A DNA stretch of 64,000 nucleotides from Carcharhinus longimanus (lineage: Eukaryota). A model generated the notes under the pieces. That model did no database searches. It worked only from the letters and a program-made list of their open reading frames with translations, and was not told where the DNA came from. A program made the translations under genes and the position numbers. Below, piece by piece: positions 53,514-64,000 of this stretch; the first letter of the stretch is position 1; each line of letters opens with the position of its first letter. The DNA is taken from the NCBI GenBank assembly GCA_030264375.1, contig JASCQW010000027.1:93546858-93610857 (forward strand), in the 5' to 3' direction.

Positions 53514-56500
53514 GCAAAGTAAAATTCAGTGACTTTGATGAGAATTGACAGCAATTTTTTTCAGAAAACATTGGGAACACAGCAAATAATGTGTCTACAA
53601 ATGAGACTAGACAGGCATGGGATACTTTAAAAAAAGGTCTAGTTTTGTAGAAAGTACAATTATCTGTAAACATCACACACTATTTCCAACTCCCAAAACA
53701 GAAGGTGCTGCAGAATGAAGTTGATTCATTATCGATGCAAGCCCTAAACTTGATTTATGAAAGAGACTGCTGTAAAGCTTTCATCCAGAAAGCTTTGGAG
53801 GAAAGAGAACATTAATTAATCATGCTGCTATAGCTGGTCTCAGCTCCAGCCTGTATCTGATGCTGTTGTTTCACTCTATGTAGCATAATGAGCACCCTAT
53901 GTAGTAGAAGAGCAGAATGGTGGGTACAGGAATTGTCAATTTGGCAAACTATTGCGAGAATGGGAATTCTCACACTCAGCACATGACAGGGCTACAAGGT
54001 AGGAGGGGAGTGAGAGAGTGGAGCTTTCATCCTGGATTGCTCTTTGAAGAGATATGGGAGAATGGAGCAAGGGGAAAGAGCACTTGGGCCAGGTCACTTC
54101 CGCTGTAAAACTGCGTAGCCTGAGGATGAAGCAAAAAACATTTTGCAGTGCAGAGCTAAAACCTTTCAGGTAGGCCCAGAGGGGAATAACGGCTGATAGA
54201 TTGTCCAGTAGAAAAAAAAACATTAAGAGAAAGAGGTTAGGAAAGTAGCTGATAACTGGTTATATTCTTTTTGATATCTAAATAAATTGTGCCTTGTTTG
54301 ATAGTCTAATCTCTTCGACTTAATCTCTTAGATCTTAGAGTGATTTTTCAGACCCTGTGACTAAATGTCCCTGACTATTTAAATAGCTAGGGACCAATAT
54401 CAGGGACAATCCTGGAACTGGGCCTCAGGCTTACGGCTCTCGTTTATAAACCCAGACAGAAAGGGCCCAGGAATATTGATTTGCATGCACAAATCAAGAT
54501 GTTAGAGACTCACCATAACTTTACAGGATTATTTTTAAAAATTGGGTGTATTTATTTCAATTTATGTGTAGTCCTTAAGGTTGCCAATTCAGGTTGGACA
54601 GTTTCATCACATGACCTCCTACCTTCGTCCCTCTGTCTCCACCCTTGCCACTTCCAACATTCTTCTTCCCAAACCATTTCAAAAATGGATGTGGCATAAA
54701 CAGGCTGCTGGAGTAGGCAGATGAAATTTTGCGCAGTGAAGTGCAAAGTATGGTTTGGCAGGAAAAATAAGGAAAGGCAATATAAACTCAAGGATACAAG
54801 GGCTATAGGAAAAGGGCGGGGCAGTGACTTTTGTTTAATTGTCCTAGAGATGGTGCAGATTCAACAAGCTAAAAAGTTGCTTTCTATACTCGCCATTCTA
54901 CAATAATGGACTCTCTGTTCCTCATTAGATGAATCATAACTGTTTGAACTAATGGGATCCTATTTTCCCATCTCCATTTTCTTTAGAATTAGCAAGTAAG
55001 TATTCAAAAAGAGAAAAATACATAATCTTATTTAATCCCCTATTATTTATCCTTTGGGTTGTTGCAGTGCCCTGGAAATTAATATTTAATTCCAAAAGAC
55101 ACTAGGACAATGTTGGAGGAGTGGAGACCCTAGCAGTCATTGCATTCCTTTATTGTACAGTTGTTACTTGGTCTGAAGTTAATATTGTCTCTTTATGCTC
55201 ATTACCACATTAGCTATTTTACTCCCTTAAGTATCTCATCCCAATTCATTAATTGTATTATTTGCACCCTAATCCTTCTCATCTTTTTACATACTATAAG
55301 GTATTTGTCTCCATCATCTTCCGCCATATTCAGACAGTTTAAATTGAAAGTACCTTCCAAGTGTTGACTTTAATTAATCTACTATATCCAACAAAATAGA
55401 TATCATAAAACATCCATATTAGCATGTTATCTATCATAGTATGTAAACAAGATCAAAGAGTAAATGTTTCTGTGTTACCATTAACAAACTAATTGAGAGT
55501 CACTTTATACATTTAAACATTTAAAACAAATATGAGTCTGAAATGAATGACAAATAAAGTAGCCTGCCTGATCTCATCTATCATCAATTTCATGTGAATG
55601 TACAAATTAAGAATAAGCCATTTCATTAGGCATTTTCTAAAATTGTCCAATTTGATCAATGTGTTTAGCAAAGAACTGATCCAAGTAATAATACTGATAT
55701 ATCAATCTCAATAATGGATCGTATAAAAGCAATTGAAGTGCCTTCATAATTAAGAAGAAAGAGATGTCAGTGAAAAGGATTGAAACCACAACATGATCTG
55801 GAAGGTACTAGAGACATTAAATTACAGATGCTTGGTAGGGTTGATACACAGGGTACAACAACTGCAATCCAGGCAAGTGGAAAGTTTGAAGAAGACCATT
55901 TAAAAGCTGCAGAGGAATGGAATGATAGTTCATGAATTATGTAAAAGAGTTGAAGCATTAGAACAAACCATAAAACTCCAGAGGGAGGAAGTGGTTAATG
56001 TTGCTCATTAAATAAAACCTGTTTGAAACAAGATCAGGAGAAATTACAAGATTTTAAAGTGCTCAAAAATCAGATCGAGCAGGAGTATGAAACTCTTCTG
56101 TGCGAACATAACAGGCACCTCAAATAACATACTTCAAACAATAAAAAGAGAATTTGATCAGAGGAGAAATGATTTGTTAATTCACAAAGATGCTATTTTA
56201 ACCTTATTGTATCAAGATGAAAACTTGTCACGTTTGAATTCAGTGAAGTGAATGATAATGGCAATAAGATTACAGATAGTGGATGATGATTGGGCTGTGG
56301 ACTTAAATGAAATATTCTTTGTTGATATACCAGGAATAAGAGAAAAAAGGAAATGCAAAAATTGAATTACAATAATTCTGTGATATTTAAATTCTGCTAA
56401 TCCTATTTGTTACACACATTGACTTTGTTTTGGTTAAAGCTTTGTATTTTGCTATTGTTGCTTCTAGTGCCTTGGTCAATTCGGGATAGTCCATCGGGTT

Positions 56501-57588
56501 TCATTTATTCAGTAGGCTTTGTTGCAGTTTGATCCAACTGAGTGTCTTGCAGGATAATGTCTGAGGGCAGTTACATTGCTGTGGGTCTGGAGTCACATGT
56601 AAGGCAGATTTCCTTCCCTAAAGGGCATTAGTGAACCAGATGGATTTTTACNNNNNNNNNNTTTTTACAATATTTGACATTAGCTTCATGTTCACCATGA
56701 CTGAGACTAATCTTAATTCCAGATTTTTTTATTAGCTAAATTTAAATTATACCAACTGTTGAGGTGGGATTTGAACTCATGTCCATAAAGTGGTTATCTG
56801 CGCCTCTGAATTACTAGGTCAGTGACATTATCACCATGGCACTAACTCCCTGAAGGAGGAAGTATAATAATTTGCTGATATGCAGAAATAAAAAAAAATG
56901 AAGCTCCCCATCATCAGAGCCATCATTGAAAATTTACCTTACTAGGTCTCCTATCCAAGCTGAAGCCCAAGAATCCTTTTAACCTGGCTAGCTATGACAT
57001 GAGTCATTAAAGAACTCAGTAAAGCCCAAGATAACTACATTCTGTGAAGTGAAGTCTGACTTTTACTTATCAAAATGTAGCCTTTTGATGATTTTTTTCA
57101 ATCTCATTATCAAGATGAGGAATTGCAGTGCTTCAGAATAGAGCATCCACATTTTGGATCCAGTGTCAACATCAAGCTCAGGCTCATGTTTAAGATGCAG
57201 TATCCTCTATTGCAGTGGTATAGTTTGGCTTCATATTCACAGTATTCCAATTACACTAGTAGATTTTCTATTTTCATCCTTGTGGCTTCTGTGAATATAA
57301 TAATTCAGTGTCAATTGGTGCAAAGTTGGAAAGAAAATTGTCCTTGTTAAAAACTCATTTGGGGCTGTACAGATTACTAATATGCTAACTTCAGGTCATT
57401 TCTGGCTGACAGAAAAAAAGCCATTCATTCTCTCTTTTTGTGCTGGATTGAAAATCAGTTCTGAAAGAGCCTACTTTGCTACCAGATCCCTGCAATTCTA
57501 ATGTTATAAAATCTGGTCAAATGGCCTGAAAATCCACTATTAATGGAAAAAAAATGAATCTCTTTCATAAGAACATGTAGCTAAGAAT

Positions 57589-57718
57589 ATGGCTTTGACA
57601 AAGGGTCATCTGGACTCATTGTCAGCTCTCATTACAGATGCTGCCAGACCTGCTGAGATTTTTCAGTGTTTTCTCTTTTGGTTTCAGATTCCTGCATTTG
57701 CAGTAATTAGCTTTTATT
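57589..57718 (+). mobile_element. Short Penelope-derived repeat (copies also at about 61088-61180 and 62542-62640)
   Basis: All three share a cagatgctgccagacctgctgagattt-like core; this copy is flanked by the direct repeat tagctaagaat(a/g)tg. Confidence 0.6.
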
Positions 57719-58399
57719 TAGCTAAGAATGTGATTTTTTTCCAACACATCATTGATGACTGAAGAGAAACATATATTTTTTGTTTTTTATTAAAAGAAGT
57801 TTCAATTTCCCTTCATTTTCAAAGTTTGTGATCATAAAATTAGGTCACTTAATGCCATTCTTTAGAGCCATGAGTGACATTTTGATTCAGAAATGGTGTT
57901 TGCAGCATGTGTGCACATACTTGTGGAGCTGGTTGTGCCATCTGTCATTAGTAATGGAGTTAGAGTTATGTGGGGTGCACCAGCTAGAAGTGAGCACAAT
58001 AAGCAGCTCATGGCATTAATTAGTGTATACCGCTAATCTGAGTTAGCAGTGCCATTTTGGAGCTTAACACTCTTGTCTAATGTCCTTCGTAACTTAAGAG
58101 AGTTGAACATGCATTCAGCAACAGTAATGATCACCCATCAGCGTGATTTAAAGATATATCAACTACTTTTAAGGCTAATTGCTGATTGATTTCTGGTCAT
58201 TGCTATGTTTATGGAAGCATTTGGTGGTTTTAACTGTTACTTTACATTGCTGAAATGTGACAGATAGGGAATGACTAGTCCAATCTTCAGGCTGCTGCAC
58301 AAAACACTTGGTGCCAGACATAGATGTACATCTCATATAGAATACAGCTTGTCAGGAATAATGAGCAGAAGTGATGTAGACAAACTTCTAGAAGAGAGA

Positions 58400-59450
58400 G
58401 GTAGAGGAGAGGGAGAAGTGGCTCCTTCAGGGTGTTCAGGGAGCAATGTTCCTGCTGTTACAATGTGTCAGATATCTCTGCTTCACTAAGGAGCTACTCG
58501 ATGAAATTTGCCGCCTGTTGTAGCCACAGCTGTAAACTCAGCATGGTGAGGATGGCTGTCCTAGGAGTTGTGAACATGATAGTAGCCTGAATCTCTTTGG
58601 GTCTGGTGCATTCTAGGTTGAAGACAATATCTGCAATATCTTCCAATTTGCAGTCCATTGTTAGATAAGATAAGGCACTGAGGGCTCTATGTGCAAACAC
58701 AACTGAAAACATTTTGTTATCTCTTACCAGAGAGGATCAAACAAGATGAGTACATGGCTTTGCAAGGACTTCAGGCTTCCCCATTATGTAGACGTCATTG
58801 AGTCCACAAATGTCATATTGCAAGTACCACATACCAACTGATTCCTGCCCATGTTCCTCCATACTCAACATGTCATGCAGGTTACTGCCTAGTATCCTGG
58901 CTATAGTCATGATTGTTTTCATTCTCTAAACCTTGCCTATTTGACTCACCCTGACCAACTATAGGATGGCTGTTGTGACAAGGGCTATCTGCTGACCACA
59001 TGTCTCATGACTCCAGCAACCCCTGCATATGACAGAAGCCATGAAATTTGATTAGGCAGAACATTTCAAATGCTTAAGTAATCCAATCTCTGGTTGGACA
59101 GTTCTGGAGGAGCCTTGCAGTACTCCACAGCATGGGTATCAAATTTGTGGCGATCTGCTGCATGTTGTAAAACTTTGCTATCGTGAAGGTACAGATCTTT
59201 CCATTAGTTACACAGCAACAAACAAAGGAAGAAGGGGAGAGGCAACCAACACACCCTCTTTCTGGCCGGACTGACAATATTCAACTCTATTGACTGTGAT
59301 ATCAGCAAACACGATACCAAATTCCCCCAATGTCAACAGTCCCAAAATTTAACGTCCCTTTGTTACTGACCATCACAGCATTCACCTGGCCATAATACTA
59401 AAACAAAAACCATCACAAATCAAACATTCCAAACTTGATTTATGAATAAA
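58400..59450 (+). mobile_element. Decayed PIF/Harbinger transposase
   Basis: Frameshifted peptides DNICNIFQFAVHC, GFARTSGFPI, VIESTNVILQVP, YPGYSHDCFH, DKGYLLTTCLMTP, LDSSGGALQYS and ICCML occur in the motif order of a Harbinger transposase; boundaries approximate. Confidence 0.78.
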
Positions 59451-59882
59451 GTCATTCAGTATTTCAATAAAAAGTCAAACGTGAAGGATATTTTCTTGAG
59501 TGATGTGACACACTGCAAATTTCTTTGAACACAGTTACCCACAACTGATATGGCAACAATCTGAACCTGCATGACTTCAGTCTCAGCTTAAACTGCGACA
59601 TTCAAAGGTTGGGTGGCTTCTGTTTGTGCTGCATTGGAAGCTGAGACATTGGCCTTCATACACTGCATCTTGGATGGATTAACAGGTGAGTGCCACTTCC
59701 ATGATAATGACCTTCAAGTGCTGTGCAAAGCCCTGTGTGAAGTTAATGCCAAACTCCAACGTGCTACTTAAATTGTGAGAGGAAAGGAGGGAAACAGGGA
59801 CTTCATGCTTACACCATCTGCTGCTTGTAAATTGGAGAAGGTTTTGTGTTCACTGAGAGGTGATCTTCGCTTCTCAGTGAAT

Positions 59883-60184
59883 GGGCACAGTGGTGGCACA
59901 GTGGTTAGCATTGCCGCCTCTCAGCTTCAGGGACCTGGGTTCAACTCCTGGCTTGGGTCACTGTCTGTGTGGAGTTTGCATGTTCTCCCTGTGTCTGCGA
60001 GGGTTTCCTCCAACAGTCCAAAGATATGCAGGTTAGGTGCATTGGCCAAATTGTGTCTCGGAATGCGTAGGTTGGAGGGATTAGCGGCGTAAATGTGTGG
60101 GGTTATGGGATAGGACCTGGGTGGAATTGTTGTTGGTGCAGACTCAATGGGCTGAATGGCCTCCTGTACCGTAGAGATTCTACG
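59883..60184 (+). mobile_element. HE1-like V-SINE
   Basis: tggcacagtggttagc A-box, gggttcaactcc B-box, V-domain, CR1 tail. Confidence 0.9.
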
Positions 60185-60699
60185 AAGTGGAATGTGAGAT
60201 GGAGGATTAAGCACGAGCATATTGTCTTTGATATTTTTACCCTCTCTAGCTGCTTACAGCCTCACTCACCGCTGTCTCCTCCAAATAGATAAGAACAGGC
60301 AATTGTGTCTGACCCCTACTGATTAGATATTGCTGACTATGATTATGTGCCACCTTGTCCTGTAAAAGAGAGGGAAGTATATCGGTGATAATAGTGCAGA
60401 CCATTGGAATGATGTGACTGTCACAGTTTGTGCAAGTTGTGAGCTGTGGGTGGTAGGCTTGCTGAGTGTGCTTGGTGTGGTGAAACTATGAATATTTGTT
60501 AATGTATCATTATTTACAGAGATTGTTGGTAGGTAAATGATGAGGTAAATGTAACAGTGTGTAAGGCTAGTGGTTTCAATGATAGGATATGACATTTGAA
60601 GTTGCATTCAGTCCTTGAGCATTTGTGTGAGTTCACTGAGTTTTTTTTCCAACACTGCAAGGGGCCTGAGTAATGGCATTGACCATTGATGCTTTCTGG

Positions 60700-60925
60700 T
60701 TCTTTTCTCAAAGGAATCTGTATCTCTGGAATTCTCTACCTCAGAGAGCTGTTGAGGCTAAATCGTTGAATATATTCGTAGCTGAGACAGATGATTCTTC
60801 AATGTCATGGTTATAAGAAACATGCAAAAAGTAGAGTTGAGGCCAAGGTCAGATCAGCTAAGATCATATTGAATGACAGAACAGGCTTCAGGGGCAGAAT
60901 AGCCTACTCCTGCTCGTGTTTCTTG
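60700..60925 (+). mobile_element. CR1 LINE 3' end
   Basis: ctctggaattctctacctcagagagctgttgaggc (LWNSLPQRAVEA) and tail gaatagcctactcctgctc. Confidence 0.75.
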
Positions 60926-62227
60926 CACTTTTACAACTCATTGCCCCTGCAATGTCTGGCTGAAGGTACTATTCCCCACTGACTGGAGGATATCCATCCT
61001 CCTCTACAACTCGTGCATCAAAGTATGCAGCTTAGAACATTGGAGCACACTCTCCCCTGTTGCAGCATCAGTCACTCTTCTTGAAAAGCTTTGACAAAGG
61101 ACTCAAAACATCAGTTCTTTTCTCTCCTTACAGATGCTGCCAGACCTGCTGAGATTTTCTAGCATTTTCTCTTTTAGTTTTCTTCTCATCCTTTGAGGCA
61201 TACAGCCACCCAACAGCATGTTTAACACTAGGATGCAATCTACTAACTTAAATGGACAGGCAGCATGGAGTTTGCGTGTTGCAAAATTCATGGTGCCTGT
61301 ATCAGAAATAACAGTTACAGGTTAGTTGTACATGGTGATTTTCGAACCTGTTCTCAGGAGCTATGCATTTCTTCCCTTTGTATTTATTGTGCACAAAGCA
61401 AAAATAAGAATGGCATCTGTACCACCACTAGATGTCATCGTGCAGATTCCTACACCATGTTTTCTGGGGACACACTTGAGACTGCACAGTTGCTTGATCT
61501 GAATTGCCAGGAGTGTAGCATTATCCATGCCTCAGAGAAGTAATGCAATTTTACCAAATTTGTATCGTGTCAGGACCAAAATATTAAGTTCACAACTGCA
61601 ATACAGGACCGATTCTTGATCATGCACTGACACAAATAAGCAAAATAATGTGACACAACAGGAATTGATGAATTGAGCTGGAAGGTGAAAAAGCCTAATC
61701 AGTCAATTTAAGGACTGGGTTCTGGTTGTAAATCTCAAAACAAAGTGACCTTGAATCAAATTATATTTATTGCATTTAGTAAAGGAGGATTATAATCGGG
61801 CCCAAAATCGTAAAGTTATGGATGTAACTTATTCTAATGTACGTAAAGGTGTTAGTAAGTAACACGTTAGATACATGAAAATGAGATTTAAGTGATTGAA
61901 CCTAATCTAAGCAACCCTTCTGACACATCAAACTTGACAATGTCTAGCTCTTTTTCATTGGCAGATAGGTATAAACCTCACAGAGGAGGACACAGACATA
62001 GAAAAGAGTAGCTAACTTAATGAAGTAGGCAAAGTCCTGACTAATCCATGGGTTGATTTACAAAAATTGCCTTGTTAGCTGAGAACTTATTTTAAATTTG
62101 TCCTCCCTTACATCGAAAGGGCCTCATAATCAACAGCCGAAATAAGAGTTATGCAGATAAGGCAGGAAAATGGATGTCCTGATATTAGATCAGCTATGAC
62201 CTTACTTAATAGCTGAACAAGCTTGAA

Positions 62228-62690
62228 TGTTTTTTTTAATTCTTTCATGGGATGTGGGCATCACAGGTTAGGCCAGCATTTATTGCCCATCCCTAAGGGA
62301 AGAGTCAACCACATTGCTGTGGATCTGGAGTCTCTTGTAGACCAGACTGGGTAAGGACAGCAAATTTTCTTCCCTAAAGGACATAAGTGAACCAGGTGGG
62401 TTTTAATGACAATTGACAATGATTTCATGGTCATCATTAGACTTTTAATTCCAGAATTTTCTTGAATTCAAATTTCACCATCTGCCATGGTGGGATTTAA
62501 ACCTGTGTCCCCAGAGCATTACCCTGTGTCTCTGGATTACTCACTCTGACGAAGGGTCAGCTAGACTCAAGATATTGGCTCTACTCTCTCATCACAGATT
62601 ATGTCAGACCTGTTGAGATTTTCCAGCATTTTTCTGTTTTTGTCTCTGGAATACTAGTCCAGTAACAATACTACAATGCCACTCTCCCTG
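62228..62690 (-). mobile_element. tRNA-headed SINE-like repeat, inserted into a CR1 tail and carrying a nested insert
   Basis: Same family as 48280-48405, 50355-50650 and 56520-56850 (ggtgggatttaaacc, tagtccagt, ttccctaaaggacataagtgaacc). Confidence 0.65.
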
Positions 62691-64000
62691 TGAATGGCAT
62701 ACCCTTGTTCCTATTTCTTATGGTCTTACTTTTGATCATTTGAAATTCAACACGCCAAGAAGTTAAATTAAATTGTTAATATTGGAATTTTTTTATATCT
62801 TGTCAGAAAACTCTTTCAAATGCCTTTATATATTCTAGACATAGAAAAATAGTTACTATAATAAAAGGGTCTCCAGTAAAAGATGACACTCTCATGTTGA
62901 ATTAAGGGCCTTCTGACAACAGGGTAAAATTATGAGTGCTGGCCATCTCTGGCAAACCAGCGGCTATTGTTGGATTAGAACAATACAACACAGGAACAGG
63001 CTGTTAGGGCCACCAAGCCTGCACTGATACTAGGATTGCTTAAATTTTGGAGTAACTGAAATGCCCTAATTTATCATTTTTGATTGTAGCCGTTAAAGTT
63101 GGAAAGATTTGTGTCTAGAATATATAGTGAGGTCAAAAGAATGACTTTGAATTAGTGCTAAATCAGGCGTAATCTACTTCCTAATTTCTTTTCTGCTGGG
63201 CCATTTGCTTGTGGGGAAATTATCTTGTTAGGGAATACTTGCATTTGAGTTCATATATCTGTTTTGGGATATTTAAAAATCATCCCAATTACAACAGGAA
63301 GTACTTGAACAATAAAACAAAATCCGGAAAAGGGATTGGTTGGAATTATTGACATGTTAAGCTACGGTTTTCTAAACCTTAGAAACCCAGTCAGGCTCTT
63401 CATTGGACTACATCTTGTTTTGTGTTTGCATTGCAGTTTTATGTCTGTAAATTGAATAAATTAAAAGTTTGGATTGGGGGCAGTAGGTAGGTGTGTAATT
63501 CCAGAGGTGAATCCTCCTGATATTCTTATTCGTGAGCTGAATTTGAATTGCACAGTCAGAAAATGTGTAGTGAACCTCATTTGCCAATATGTATTAGTAC
63601 TGTTCTATCAGCTGATTAATTGAATATTCAAGGTAAATCAAGGTCTGTCCAGTTTATGTTAAATAACTGTATGGGGAATTTTCTTAGGGTGTTCCACGAG
63701 GGAGTCTTGTATTCAGCCGAACCCAGCTAACACAAAGACTTGTGAAAGACAGTATGCAGTTAAAGATGCTCTTTATTTGACTCAAACATATCGAGAGAGA
63801 GATGGTCAGAGGATTCTAACCTCTCTCTGATGTTCCATCACGTGAGTCCAACAGATATACATTTCTGAAGATTTGATCTTTCTGTCCCACCTGTCATCCA
63901 AACTCGATGGTCTAATTACTTTAGTTACTTCATTTACTTCGGCCAATAACATTTTACCCTCTTGTAGAATTAAGAGTTCGTTGGTCAACCAAATCCATGG

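Noticed and set aside
54060-54130. CACTTCCG ETS-like motif as a possible promoter of the zinc-finger gene
   Set aside because: Single short motif with no CpG island or other support

Overview
Vertebrate genomic DNA, very likely a shark or other cartilaginous fish, inferred from the repeat content (HE1/V-SINEs, Deu-domain SINEs, CR1-type LINEs). It is AT-rich, repeat-dense and has several N gaps. Two protein-coding genes lie tail-to-tail. (1) On the + strand are the last six coding exons of EIPR1/TSSC1, a WD40 EARP/GARP-interacting protein (4226-35094). All six have canonical GT-AG sites and continuous phase; the 5' exons lie upstream of the window. (2) On the - strand is a large C2H2 zinc-finger gene whose terminal exon (43100-46749) encodes 28 intact fingers and 1 degenerate finger, mostly in repeated three-finger cassettes that resemble ZNF513. 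Two small candidate upstream exons (51952-52006 and 50096-50137) splice to it in frame. The rest is intron and intergenic DNA containing CR1/L2 LINE fragments, SINEs, Penelope-like relics with degenerate hammerhead cores, two decayed Harbinger transposases with MITEs of Harbinger type, and a young V-SINE-like element with an unusual structured 5' head. Family assignments come from my recall of the protein and repeat families; no database search was run. No prokaryotic-type system such as CRISPR is present.
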